Positions 10,210-20,230 of a stretch of 64,000 bases of DNA are shown here, piece after piece (position 1 is the first letter of the stretch; each line of letters opens with the position of its first letter). The stretch covers positions 84,076-148,075 of the forward strand of contig NZ_DATMIV010000018.1 in assembly GCF_035554175.1 (NCBI RefSeq), in the 5' to 3' direction. The stretch comes from Pseudomonas sp. (GTDB lineage: Bacteria > Pseudomonadota > Gammaproteobacteria > Pseudomonadales > Pseudomonadaceae). A program made the position numbers and the translations under genes. Below the pieces are notes generated by a model, which saw only the letters and a program-made list of their open reading frames with translations, was not told the DNA's origin and did no database searches.

Positions 10210-12387
10210 ATGACTGAACACGTTCAAGTCGGTGGCCTGCAGGTCGCCAAAGTCCTGTTCGACTTCGTGAACAACGAAGCCATTCCCGGTACCGGCCTCA
10301 CCGCCGAACAATTCTGGGAAGGCGCCGACAAGGTCATTCACGACCTGGCGCCGAAGAACAAAGCCCTACTCGCCAAACGCGATGACTTCCAGGCGCGCAT
10401 CGATGCCTGGCATCAACAGCATGCCGGCCAGGCGCATGACGCCGTGGCCTACAAAGCTTTCCTGCAAGAGATCGGTTATCTGCTGCCAGAAGCCGCTGAT
10501 TTCCAGGCCACGACGCAAAACGTCGATGATGAAATCGCCCGCACCGCCGGCCCGCAACTGGTAGTGCCGGTGATGAACGCGCGCTTCGCGCTCAATGCCT
10601 CGAACGCTCGCTGGGGTTCGTTGTACGACGCCCTCTATGGCACCGACGCGATCAGCGAAGACGGCGGCGCCGAAAAGGGCAAAGGCTACAACAAGGTACG
10701 TGGCGATAAAGTCATCGCCTTCGCCCGTGCCTTTCTTGACGAAGCCGCGCCACTGGCCGCCGGCTCCCACGTCGATTCGACCGGCTACAGGATCGCTGAC
10801 GGCAAACTCGTCGTGACCCTCAAGGGCGGCAGCAACAGCGGCCTGCGCGACGACGCTCAGCTGATCGGTTTCCAGGGCGACGCCACTGCGCCGATTGCAA
10901 TTCTGCTCAAGCACAACGGCCTGCACTTCGAAATCCAGATCGATGCCAGCACCCCGGTCGGCCAGACCGATGCCGCCGGCGTCAAAGACATCCTCATGGA
11001 AGCGGCGCTGACCACGATCATGGACTGCGAAGATTCCGTAGCCGCGGTCGATGCCGACGACAAAGTGGTGATCTACCGCAACTGGCTCGGCCTGATGAAG
11101 GGCGACCTGGCGGAATCCGTGTCCAAGGGCGGCCAGACCTTCACCCGCACCATGAACCCGGATCGCACCTACACCGCGCCCAACGGTGGTGAAGTGACCC
11201 TGCACGGTCGTTCACTGTTGTTCGTGCGCAATGTCGGCCATCTGATGACCATCGACGCGATCCTCGACAGTCAAGGCAATGAGGTCCCGGAAGGCATCCT
11301 CGACGGTCTGGTCACTTGTCTGGCGGCGATGCACAACCTCAACGGCAACACCTCGCGGCGCAACACCCGCACCGGTTCGGTGTACATCGTCAAACCGAAG
11401 ATGCACGGCCCGGAAGAAGCGGCGTTCACCAACGAGCTGTTCGGGCGCATCGAAGACGTGCTGCGTCTGCCGCGCAATACCCTGAAAGTCGGGATCATGG
11501 ACGAGGAGCGCCGCACCACGGTCAACCTCAAGGCCTGCATCAAGGCTGCCAGCGAGCGCGTGGTGTTCATCAACACCGGTTTCCTCGACCGCACCGGCGA
11601 CGAAATCCACACGTCCATGGAAGCCGGCCCGGTGGTGCGCAAGGCTGACATGAAGGCCGAGAAGTGGATCGGCGCCTACGAGAACTGGAACGTCGATATC
11701 GGTTTGAGCACCGGCCTGCAGGGTCGTGCGCAAATCGGTAAAGGCATGTGGGCGATGCCCGACCTGATGGCGGCGATGCTCGAACAGAAAATCGCTCACC
11801 CGCTGGCCGGCGCCAACACTGCATGGGTGCCATCGCCGACAGCCGCTGCGTTGCATGCACTGCATTACCACAAGGTCGACGTGTTCGCCCGCCAGGCCGA
11901 ACTGGCCAAACGTGCGCGCGCCTCGGTGGACGACATCCTGACCATTCCGCTGGCGGTGAACCCGAACTGGACGCCGGAGCAGATCAAGAACGAACTGGAC
12001 AACAACGCCCAGGGCATTCTCGGTTACGTGGTGCGCTGGATCGACCAGGGCGTCGGCTGCTCGAAAGTGCCGGACATCAACGACATCGGCCTGATGGAAG
12101 ATCGTGCGACGCTGCGTATTTCCAGCCAGCACATCGCCAACTGGCTGCGCCACGGTATCGTCACCGAGGAGCAAGTGATGGAAAGCCTCAAGCGCATGGC
12201 GCCGGTGGTCGACCGTCAGAACGCCAACGACCCGCTGTACCGCCCGCTGGCACCGGACTTCGACAGCAACATCGCCTTCCAGGCGGCGGTCGAACTGGTG
12301 ATCGAAGGTACCAGGCAGCCGAACGGCTATACCGAGCCGGTACTGCACCGTCGTCGTCGTGAGTTCAAGGCGGCGAATGGTCTGTAA
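10210..12387 (+). CDS. glcB: malate synthase G
   Basis: 725-aa protein starting [29 protein letters not shown], with full-length malate synthase G-like sequence. Confidence 0.95.
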   Translation: MTEHVQVGGLQVAKVLFDFVNNEAIPGTGLTAEQFWEGADKVIHDLAPKNKALLAKRDDFQARIDAWHQQHAGQAHDAVAYKAFLQEIGYLLPEAADFQATTQNVDDEIARTAGPQLVVPVMNARFALNASNARWGSLYDALYGTDAISEDGGAEKGKGYNKVRGDKVIAFARAFLDEAAPLAAGSHVDSTGYRIADGKLVVTLKGGSNSGLRDDAQLIGFQGDATAPIAILLKHNGLHFEIQIDASTPVGQTDAAGVKDILMEAALTTIMDCEDSVAAVDADDKVVIYRNWLGLMKGDLAESVSKGGQTFTRTMNPDRTYTAPNGGEVTLHGRSLLFVRNVGHLMTIDAILDSQGNEVPEGILDGLVTCLAAMHNLNGNTSRRNTRTGSVYIVKPKMHGPEEAAFTNELFGRIEDVLRLPRNTLKVGIMDEERRTTVNLKACIKAASERVVFINTGFLDRTGDEIHTSMEAGPVVRKADMKAEKWIGAYENWNVDIGLSTGLQGRAQIGKGMWAMPDLMAAMLEQKIAHPLAGANTAWVPSPTAAALHALHYHKVDVFARQAELAKRARASVDDILTIPLAVNPNWTPEQIKNELDNNAQGILGYVVRWIDQGVGCSKVPDINDIGLMEDRATLRISSQHIANWLRHGIVTEEQVMESLKRMAPVVDRQNANDPLYRPLAPDFDSNIAFQAAVELVIEGTRQPNGYTEPVLHRRRREFKAANGL

Positions 12388-12410
12388 CGTACGTTGATGG
12401 TTGAAATGAA

Positions 12411-12447
12411 AAAGGCCCTGAGCGAAAGATCAGGGCCTTTTTTTTAA
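12411..12447 (+). terminator. Rho-independent terminator of glcB
   Basis: AAAGGCCCTGA-gcgaaaga-TCAGGGCCTTT followed by TTTTTT. Confidence 0.85.
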
Positions 12448-12454
12448 ACGCAAA

Positions 12455-12531
12455 GTCAAAAGATCGCAGCCTTCGGCAGCTCCTACGTGGGATCACCTGT
12501 AGGAGCTGCCGAAAGCTGCGATCTTTTGATC
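12455..12531. repeat. REPIN, family B
   Basis: Inverted arms at 12455-12486 and 12496-12531. Confidence 0.9.
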
Positions 12532-12540
12532 CTCAAATAT

Positions 12541-12987
12541 TCAGGGCTCAATCCCCAATTCGTGTTTGACCAGCCCAAGCAGCTTCTCCGTATCAATCGG
12601 CTTGAGCAGAAAATCCACCACGCTCAAATGCATCGCCGCGATCGCGTCTTTCACGTCGGCATCGCCCGACACGATGATGATCGGCATCGCCGCCCGAACC
12701 GATTCGCGCACGTGCCGGATCAAGTCCAGGCCATCGACATTGCCCATGCGCAGATCGGTAATCACCAGCCCGATCGAAGGCTTCTGCTCAAGCATTTTCA
12801 GCGCCGTTTCACCGCTGGCTGCGGTCATGCAGTGAATGCCGTCGAGCGCGAGAATCTCCGACAGCAGCTCTCGGGCGTCCTTGTCGTCGTCGACGATCAG
12901 GACGCGCTGCGGCGGCAGATCGGGTTCGAGCATTACTGCGCTGAGCGCTTCACGCTCGGCGTCGCTCAGAATATCGTGGTCGGACAT
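12541..12987 (-). CDS. single-domain response regulator (CheY-like receiver)
   Basis: VLIVDDDKDARELL...LVITDLRMGNVDG...IIIVSGD...K receiver signature with no output domain. Start set at MSDHDIL. Confidence 0.85.
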   Translation of the reverse strand: MSDHDILSDAEREALSAVMLEPDLPPQRVLIVDDDKDARELLSEILALDGIHCMTAASGETALKMLEQKPSIGLVITDLRMGNVDGLDLIRHVRESVRAAMPIIIVSGDADVKDAIAAMHLSVVDFLLKPIDTEKLLGLVKHELGIEP

Positions 12988-13236
12988 GGCGCTCTCTAAA
13001 TGTTCAATCAATCTCTGGCAAGTCGTCAGACATCACCGGACAGCGCTTCAATGTGCACTTCGTCGGATTTTTTTCCAAGGGGCTATGACAAGCTTTTCCG
13101 AGCTTTTGCGTAGGGTATTTCCGAAAATCGGCCAATGGTGGCAAAACCTAGACTTACGTCCAATGGGCACCCTGCCCGCCGGGGTCGACCATGGCCGCAA
13201 CGATCCGACCACAACAATTCGAAAAAGACTGCGGTA

Positions 13237-15177
13237 ATGGTTATGAGCAAAGCGGACGCCTACACCCAGGCAGGGAAGACCGCGGTTTTGCAGAACATTC
13301 AGGGCACCCTGCAATTCCTCCAGCGCTTCCCGCCCTTCAATCAGATGGAACACGCCCACCTCGCGTACCTGGTGGAGCAATGTCAGCTGCGTTTTTTTGC
13401 CCAGGGCGAGAGCATCATCAAACCGGCTGACGGCCCGGTCGAACACTTCCATATCGTCAAACAGGGTCGGGTGGTGGGCGAACGCCAGCACATCACCAAA
13501 CCCGGCACCGAGACCACGTTCGAAATCACCACCGGCGAATGCTTTCCGCTGGCCGCACTGCTCGGTGAGCGCGCTACACGCACCGAACATCTGGCGGGCG
13601 AAGACACCTTCTGCCTGCAACTGAACAAACTGGCGTTCATCAAACTGTTCGCCCTTTCCAGCACCTTTCGCGACTTTGCCTTGCGCGGGGTCAGCAGCCT
13701 GCTCGATCAGGTCAATCAGCAAGTGCAGCAGAAAGCCGTGGAAACCCTCGGCACGCAGTACTCGCTGAATACCCGCCTGGGCGAACTGGCGATGCGCCAT
13801 CCGGTGACCTGCAGCGCGGATACACCACTGCGTGAAGCGGTGAAGCTGATGCACGAGCAACAGGTCGGCAGCATCGTCGTGGTGGATGAGCACAAAGCGC
13901 CACTGGGGATTTTCACCCTGCGCGATCTGCGCCACGTAGTCGCCGAAGGCGTCGGTGATTTCAGCGACGCCATCGACCGGCACATGACCCGCGGGCCGTT
14001 CTTTCTGTCACCGGATCACAGCGCCTTCGATGCGGCGATCGCCATGACCGAGCGGCACATCGCGCACGTATGTCTGGTCAAGGATCAGCGCCTGTGCGGC
14101 GTGGTTTCCGAGCGTGATCTGTTCTCCCTGCAACGGGTCGATCTGGTGCATCTGGCCCGAACCATCCGCAGCGCGCAACGGGTCGAACAACTGGTGACCC
14201 TGCGCGGCGAAATCGGCCAGCTTGTTGAACGCATGCTCGCCCACGGCGCGTCCTCGACGCAGATCACCCACATCATCACCCTGCTCAACGATCACACCGT
14301 GTGCCGGGTGATCGAATTGACCCTCGCGGAAAAAGGCGATCCCGGCGTGCCGTTCAGTTGGCTGTGTTTCGGCAGTGAGGGCCGGCGCGAGCAGACACTG
14401 CACACCGATCAGGACAACGGCATTCTCTTCGACGCCCGCGATGCAGCGCATGCCGCCGAGATTCGCGGCAAGCTGCTGCCGATTGCCCAGCAGATCAACC
14501 AGAGCCTGGCGCAGTGCGGCTTCACCCTGTGCAAGGGCAACGTCATGGCCGGCAATCCCGAGCTGTGCCTGTCGCGGGCCGAATGGGCGCGGCGCTTCGC
14601 TGCGTTTATCCGCGAGGCAACGCCGGAGAACCTGCTGGGCTCGAGCATCTATTTCGATCTGCGCGTGGTCTGGGGCGATGAGCAAGGCTGCGAGCAATTG
14701 CGCCGGGGCATTCTCGATCAGGTCGGCGACAACCGATTGTTCCAGCGCATGCTGGCCGAAAACGCGCTACGCAATCGCCCACCGGTGGGACGCTTCCGTG
14801 AGTTCGTGCTGGCGCGCAAGAATGGCGAGAAAGCCACACTTGATCTGAAGATCCAGGGTTTGACGCCGTTCGTGGACGGTGCTCGCTTGCTGGCGCTGGC
14901 CAACGGCATCGACGCCAACAACACCCTCGAACGCTTTCGCCAACTGGTGGATAAGGAAGTCATCGAACCGCTCGATGGCGCGGCTTATGAAGAGGCCTAC
15001 CACTTCATTCAGCAAACGCGGATGCAGCAGCATCAGATCCAGACCCGGGAAAACCAGCCTTACTCCAACCGCGTCGATCCCGACAGCCTCAATCACCTTG
15101 ACCGGCGCATCCTGCGCGAGTCCCTGCGTCAGGCCCAGCGCCTGCAAAGCAGCCTGACGTTGCGGTATCAGCTATGA
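13237..15177 (+). CDS. cNMP-binding / tandem CBS / DUF294 nucleotidyltransferase-domain protein
   Basis: N-terminal cyclic-nucleotide-binding-like fold, a CBS pair (VTCSADTPLREAVKLM, GVVSERDL), then a GlnD-like nucleotidyltransferase block (GSEGRREQTLHTDQDN). Confidence 0.8.
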   Translation: MVMSKADAYTQAGKTAVLQNIQGTLQFLQRFPPFNQMEHAHLAYLVEQCQLRFFAQGESIIKPADGPVEHFHIVKQGRVVGERQHITKPGTETTFEITTGECFPLAALLGERATRTEHLAGEDTFCLQLNKLAFIKLFALSSTFRDFALRGVSSLLDQVNQQVQQKAVETLGTQYSLNTRLGELAMRHPVTCSADTPLREAVKLMHEQQVGSIVVVDEHKAPLGIFTLRDLRHVVAEGVGDFSDAIDRHMTRGPFFLSPDHSAFDAAIAMTERHIAHVCLVKDQRLCGVVSERDLFSLQRVDLVHLARTIRSAQRVEQLVTLRGEIGQLVERMLAHGASSTQITHIITLLNDHTVCRVIELTLAEKGDPGVPFSWLCFGSEGRREQTLHTDQDNGILFDARDAAHAAEIRGKLLPIAQQINQSLAQCGFTLCKGNVMAGNPELCLSRAEWARRFAAFIREATPENLLGSSIYFDLRVVWGDEQGCEQLRRGILDQVGDNRLFQRMLAENALRNRPPVGRFREFVLARKNGEKATLDLKIQGLTPFVDGARLLALANGIDANNTLERFRQLVDKEVIEPLDGAAYEEAYHFIQQTRMQQHQIQTRENQPYSNRVDPDSLNHLDRRILRESLRQAQRLQSSLTLRYQL

Positions 15178-15881
15178 GCCTGTTCTCGTGGCTGCGCCCG
15201 GCCAGCCCGGTGGTGCCGGCAGCTTTTCAGCAGCGTCTGGCGAAATTGCCGGCCATCACCGGGCTGAGCGAATGCAGCCTGCGCGAGCAGCGCTGGGTGG
15301 TGCTGGATCTGGAAACCACTGGCCTGAACCTCAACAAGGATCGCGTGTTGTCGATCGGCGCGGTGGCGATCGAGGATGGCGCGATCGATTTCAGCCAGCA
15401 GTTCGAGCGTACTTTGCAGTGTCGCGAGTTGAAGCTCAGCCCCAGCGTGCTCATTCATGGGTTGGGGCCGAATGCGATTGCCGCTGGCAGTGATCCGGCC
15501 GAGGCGTTGCTGGAACTGTTGGAGTTCGTCGCCGACAGCCCGGTACTGGCGTTCCATGCGCCATTCGATCAGCACATGCTCGGGCGCGCATTGAAGGAAC
15601 ATCTGGGATACAAGCTGCAGCATGTGTTTCTCGATGTGGCGGATATTGCGCCGCTGCTGTGTCCGCAGGCGCAGATTCGCGAGGCGGGCCTGGATGAGTG
15701 GATCGAGTGGTTTCGCCTGGAAGTGTTCGAACGGCATAACGCGAGTGCCGATGCGCTGGCCACGGCGGAACTGGCACTGATTCTGTTCAGCCGGGCGCGG
15801 GCGCAGCAGATTTACAGCCCGTTGCATCTGCAGCAGCGGTTGAGGCAGTGGAAGCGCAGGCAACAAACTCATTCTTTCTAG
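15174..15881 (+). CDS. DEDD-family 3'-5' exonuclease (DnaQ/epsilon-like)
   Basis: ExoI motif VVLDLETTGL, plus AFHAPFDQHML and H..SADA. ATGA start/stop overlap with the upstream gene. Confidence 0.85.
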   Translation: MSLFSWLRPASPVVPAAFQQRLAKLPAITGLSECSLREQRWVVLDLETTGLNLNKDRVLSIGAVAIEDGAIDFSQQFERTLQCRELKLSPSVLIHGLGPNAIAAGSDPAEALLELLEFVADSPVLAFHAPFDQHMLGRALKEHLGYKLQHVFLDVADIAPLLCPQAQIREAGLDEWIEWFRLEVFERHNASADALATAELALILFSRARAQQIYSPLHLQQRLRQWKRRQQTHSF

Positions 15882-15885
15882 CCCC

Positions 15886-15926
15886 CCCTGTAGGAGCTGC
15901 CGCAGCCTGCGGCAGCTCCTACAGGG
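15886..15926. repeat. short perfect hairpin derived from REP family B (likely terminator of the exonuclease gene)
   Basis: CCCTGTAGGAGCTGCCGCAG-cc-TGCGGCAGCTCCTACAGGG, a 19-bp stem 5 nt after the stop. Confidence 0.8.
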
Positions 15927-16032
15927 CATGCGTCCATATCACCTGACCAGTGGCCAATTGCTAACCATTCCCACCTCTGCCAGAATCGCGAACAATTCTC
16001 GTTAGTTAACATTTCCCAATCGGTGATGTCCG

Positions 16033-16551
16033 GTGTCGTCAGTTCCCAACCCTCACAGTGAACTCGTCGGTGCGATGTATCGCGACCATCGCGGTTGGCT
16101 GCTGGCGTGGTTGCGGCGCAATGTGGCGTGTCCGCAGCGCGCCGAGGACTTGAGCCAGGACACCTTTGTGCGCCTGCTCAACCGCGACGAACTGCTGACC
16201 CCGCGCGAGCCACGGGCATTTCTCGTGGCTATCGCCAAAGGCCTGCTGTTCGACTACTTCCGCCGCGCCGCGCTGGAACAGGCTTACCTCACCGAACTGA
16301 TGCTGATCCCCGAAGACGAGCAGCCGTCGGTGGAAGAACAGCAAATGATCCTCGACGATCTGAAAGCCATCGACCGCATGCTCGGCAAACTGTCGACCAA
16401 GGCCCGTGCGGCCTTTCTGTATAACCGCCTCGACGGCCTCAGCCATGCCGAGATTGCCAACAGGCTCGGCGTATCGGTGCCGCGCGTGCGTCAGTATCTG
16501 GCGCAAGGCCTGCGCCAGTGCTACGTCGCGTTATACGGTGAACCGACATGA
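16033..16551 (+). CDS. ECF sigma factor, FecI-like
   Basis: Sigma-2 (DLSQDTFVRLL) and sigma-4 (LSHAEIANRLGVSVPRVRQYL) regions. GTG start as given by the ORF track. Confidence 0.85.
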   Translation: MSSVPNPHSELVGAMYRDHRGWLLAWLRRNVACPQRAEDLSQDTFVRLLNRDELLTPREPRAFLVAIAKGLLFDYFRRAALEQAYLTELMLIPEDEQPSVEEQQMILDDLKAIDRMLGKLSTKARAAFLYNRLDGLSHAEIANRLGVSVPRVRQYLAQGLRQCYVALYGEPT

Positions 16552-17522
16552 GTGCCGCCAGCTCGCGCCCGGTGCCGGCGCATGTGCTGGACGCGGCGAT
16601 CGCCTGGCAATTGACCCTCGATTCCAGCACCGCGCTGGAGCGCGAAGAGTTCGCCAAATGGCACGCGGCAAACGAAGAACACGCCCGCGCCTGGCGTCAG
16701 TTGGGCATGCTCGATCAGCGCTTCAGCGTCGCCAAGGGCCCGGCCCGCAACGCATTGCTGCAATCACGCGAAGGCATTCGCCGGCGCGTGCGCAAGCTGG
16801 GCAGTGGTCTTGCCAGTGTTGTGCTGGTGCTCGGTCTGGGGCTGTTTGTCAGTGAGCGTTATCTGCCGCTCGACTATTGGCTCGCCGACCAGCGCACCGC
16901 CACCGGCGAACAACGCACTGTGCGCCTGCCCGATGGCACCCTGCTCAACCTCAATACCCACAGCGCGGTTGACGTACGCTTCGATGACAAGCGCCGCTTG
17001 ATCGTGTTGCAGGAAGGCGAAATTCTCGTCGAGACCGGGCATGGCGATGCCCGGCCCTTTATCGTCGAAACCCGCGAGGGCAGCATGCGCGCGCTGGGCA
17101 CGCGGTTTCTGGTCAAGCGCGAGGATGACGGCACGCGCCTGAGCGTGTTGCAGTCGGCGGTGGCAGCCCATGCGCAAGATAACCCTGAAGAACAGATTCT
17201 GCGCGAAGGCCAGCAAGTGCTGCTGCGCAGCGACGGACTGGGTTCGATTGTCGCCCTCACCCCCGGCGCCGATGCCTGGACGCGAGGCATGCTGGTGGTG
17301 GACAACGCGCGGCTGAGCGATCTGGTGCATGAGCTCGGGCGTTATCGTCGCGGGCATCTTGGCGTAGCGCCGGAAGTGGCCGACCTGCGCATTACCGGCA
17401 GCTTTCCGTTGCACGACACCGACAAGGCCCTGAGTGCGCTGCTGCCGAGCCTGCCGGTGCAGATCGAGCGGCATACGTCGTATTGGGTCACCGTGGCGAA
17501 GGCTGATATCAAGCCTGAGTAA
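16548..17522 (+). CDS. FecR-family anti-sigma/transmembrane sensor
   Basis: N-terminal AIAWQLTL...W anti-sigma segment, a single TM helix, and a FecR domain. ATGA overlap with the sigma gene. Confidence 0.85.
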   Translation: MSAASSRPVPAHVLDAAIAWQLTLDSSTALEREEFAKWHAANEEHARAWRQLGMLDQRFSVAKGPARNALLQSREGIRRRVRKLGSGLASVVLVLGLGLFVSERYLPLDYWLADQRTATGEQRTVRLPDGTLLNLNTHSAVDVRFDDKRRLIVLQEGEILVETGHGDARPFIVETREGSMRALGTRFLVKREDDGTRLSVLQSAVAAHAQDNPEEQILREGQQVLLRSDGLGSIVALTPGADAWTRGMLVVDNARLSDLVHELGRYRRGHLGVAPEVADLRITGSFPLHDTDKALSALLPSLPVQIERHTSYWVTVAKADIKPE

Positions 17523-17541
17523 GGCGCCGGCAGGAAAAAGT

Positions 17542-17608
17542 CTTCGCGAGCAGGCTCGCTCCCACAGGAAAACGCATTGCAGATGTGGGAGCGAGCCTGC
17601 TCGCGAAG
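17542..17608. repeat. REPIN, family A
   Basis: Inverted arms at 17542-17568 and 17584-17608. Confidence 0.9.
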
Positions 17609-17729
17609 GCGACATCAGCCGCACAACCATTTTCAGCTGAACAAAATAAATTCCATCCCGCCCTATCACTTTTTGATTTTCGTCCGGCACACAGGCAATT
17701 GAGAAATATTTCCATTCAGGAGCCGCCGT

Positions 17730-20156
17730 ATGTCCCGTTCGCCAGACACTTTGTTGCGCCCCAGTCTGCTGGCTTTTGCCATCGCTTTCAGCACGCCGCT
17801 GATCAGCAGTCCGTTGCTCGCCGCTGAGCAAGCGTCCAGCGTGCGTGCCTACAACCTGCCGGCGGCGCCGCTGTCGACCACGCTGAACCAGATCGCCAGC
17901 CAGGGAGGTCTCGCCCTGGCGCTGAATCCGGCACTGGCGGCAGGCAAGACCTCGGCCCCGGTCAACGGCCAGTTCGACACCGTCGGCGCCCTGCGCGCGG
18001 CGTTGCGCGGCAGCGGTCTGCAACTGGAGCAAAGCAGCGCCGGCACTTACACCCTCGTGGCTGTGCCTGAAGGCACGCTGGCCCTGCCGGAAACCTCGGT
18101 CATCGGCGTGGAAAATCTGGAAAGTGCCTGGGGGCCGGTGGAAGGCTATACCGCGACCCGTACTGCCGCCGGTACGAAGACCGACACCGCACTGGTCGAG
18201 GCACCGCGTTCGATTTCCGTTGCAACGCGCCAGCAAATGGACGACCGCAGCGTGCACAGCCTTGATGACGCCGTGCGTTATATGCCGGGCATCACCGCCA
18301 GCAGCTACGGCAGCGACACCCGCGCCGACTGGCTGCGCGTACGCGGTTTCGAGCCGACCCAGTTCCTCGATGGCCTGCCTCTGCCAAAAGGCGTGTACGC
18401 CAACCCGAAACAGGAAACCTGGAACCTCGACCGCCTCGCCCTGCTGCGTGGCCCGGCCTCGTCGGTGTACGGCCAGACGCCGCCGGGCGGTTTGCTCGAC
18501 ATGGTCAGCCGCCGCCCGAGCGCTGAAGCCAGCAGTGAAATCCAGCTGCAATACGGCAGCGACAACCACCGGCAGATCAACTTTGCCAGCACCGGCAAGA
18601 TCGACGAGGCCGGTCAGTTTCTCTATGGCCTCAGCGGCGTGGTGCGCGACAGCGGCACGCAGGTCGACCACGTCGACAACAAGCGCTACAACATCGCGCC
18701 GAGCCTGACCTGGAACATCGATGACGACACCCGTTTCACCCTGCTGACCCAGTTCACCCGCGACGATACCGGCATCACCAGCCAGTTTCTGCCAATCCAG
18801 GGCACCAAAATCAATTCGCCGTTCGGTGATATTTCCCATCACAAGAATCTCGGCGATCCGGATTGGGAATATTACGACCGCACCTACTACGCACTGGGCT
18901 ATGCCTTTGAACATCGGCTGAATGATGTCTGGCAGTTCAAGCAGAACCTGCGCTACACCAAGTCGGATCTGTCGTTTCAGTCGCTGACGCCCGGCTCCTA
19001 CCCGTTCACCACCGTGGATGAGCAAGGCAACGTCGGCCGCACCAGCACCAGCGTCGAAGAAGACATCAGCCAGTTCGCCGTCGACAACAACTTCCAGGCC
19101 GACTTCGCCACTGGCGATATCCGCCACACCTTGCTGCTGGGCCTGGATCACCAGCGCGGTAACACCAACTACACCTCGATTTTTGGTGATGGCCTGCAAA
19201 CCAACGTGATTACCCCGATCTACGGCCAGCCAATCGTCCGTCCGGCGCGTTCTACTGCGTTTTACGACTACAACCAGAAGACCTACCAGACCGGCCTCTA
19301 CGTGCAGGATCAGATGGCCCTGGATCAGTGGCGCCTGACCCTCGGCGGCCGTGAAGACTGGGTGCACACCAGCACCGAATTCTTCAACAAGGGCGATGCC
19401 ACCAATACCCAGCGCGACAAAAAATTCAGCGGCAACGCGGCGCTCAGCTACGTCTTCGACAACGGCTTCGTGCCGTACCTGTCCTACGCCGAGTCTTTCC
19501 AGCCGACCACCGGCGCCGATGTCACCTCGACCGGCTCGCTCAAGCCGACCGAAGGCAAGCAATGGGAACTGGGCATCAAGTATCAGCCGCCGGGCAGCAA
19601 GACCCTGCTGACCGCCGCCGTGTATGACCTGACCCAGAAAAACGTCGCGGTGAACACCTTCGTCAACAACGTTTCGGTAACCAGCCAGACCGGTGAAGTG
19701 AAAGTCAAAGGGCTGGAGCTGGAAGCCGTCTCCGACGTGACCGACAACCTCAAAGTCATCGCCGCCTACACCCTGGCCAAGTCCGAAGTGCAGAAAGGCG
19801 TCGACAAGGGCAACCGCCTGCAACTGATGCCCAACCAGCAAGCTTCGCTGTGGACCGACTACACCTGGCACAGTGGCGTGCTCGACGGTTTCGGCGTCGG
19901 TGCCGGCGTGCGTTATACCGGCAACACCTACGGCGACAAGGCCAACACCTGGCTGGGCAAAGCCGATGCCTATACCGTGTTCGACGCCAGTGTGCATTAT
20001 GATCTGGGCCGTCTGGACAACAGCCTTAAAGGCGCGTCGCTGGCCGTCAACGCGACCAACCTGTTCGACAAGGATTACATTTCCACCTGCGACAGCTTCT
20101 ACTGCTACTACGGCGACCAGCGCAGCGTCGTCGCCAGCGCTACTTACAAGTGGTAA
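17730..20156 (+). CDS. TonB-dependent siderophore receptor with N-terminal signalling (STN) domain, Fiu/Fox-like
   Basis: Signal peptide; STN domain (YNLPAAPLSTTLNQIASQ); plug with a TonB box-like segment; C-terminal ...SATYKW. Sits downstream of the FecIR pair. Confidence 0.9.
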   Translation: MSRSPDTLLRPSLLAFAIAFSTPLISSPLLAAEQASSVRAYNLPAAPLSTTLNQIASQGGLALALNPALAAGKTSAPVNGQFDTVGALRAALRGSGLQLEQSSAGTYTLVAVPEGTLALPETSVIGVENLESAWGPVEGYTATRTAAGTKTDTALVEAPRSISVATRQQMDDRSVHSLDDAVRYMPGITASSYGSDTRADWLRVRGFEPTQFLDGLPLPKGVYANPKQETWNLDRLALLRGPASSVYGQTPPGGLLDMVSRRPSAEASSEIQLQYGSDNHRQINFASTGKIDEAGQFLYGLSGVVRDSGTQVDHVDNKRYNIAPSLTWNIDDDTRFTLLTQFTRDDTGITSQFLPIQGTKINSPFGDISHHKNLGDPDWEYYDRTYYALGYAFEHRLNDVWQFKQNLRYTKSDLSFQSLTPGSYPFTTVDEQGNVGRTSTSVEEDISQFAVDNNFQADFATGDIRHTLLLGLDHQRGNTNYTSIFGDGLQTNVITPIYGQPIVRPARSTAFYDYNQKTYQTGLYVQDQMALDQWRLTLGGREDWVHTSTEFFNKGDATNTQRDKKFSGNAALSYVFDNGFVPYLSYAESFQPTTGADVTSTGSLKPTEGKQWELGIKYQPPGSKTLLTAAVYDLTQKNVAVNTFVNNVSVTSQTGEVKVKGLELEAVSDVTDNLKVIAAYTLAKSEVQKGVDKGNRLQLMPNQQASLWTDYTWHSGVLDGFGVGAGVRYTGNTYGDKANTWLGKADAYTVFDASVHYDLGRLDNSLKGASLAVNATNLFDKDYISTCDSFYCYYGDQRSVVASATYKW

Positions 20157-20230
20157 GCCAGTGAGCTGAAACAGGCCCTGTTACCAGGCCGTCCGCACCG
20201 GGCGGCTTTGGTGTTTTTGAAGGTCATGCA

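Noticed and set aside
16764-19997. 1077-aa minus-strand ORF opposite the TonB-dependent receptor. Similar giant antisense ORFs are at 50227-53832, 34567-37485, 48027-50366 and 4776-6281.
   Set aside because: These are typical shadow ORFs of high-GC DNA. Their translations are Arg/Gly/Ala/His-rich low-complexity with no motifs, and the opposite strand encodes clearly recognisable proteins.
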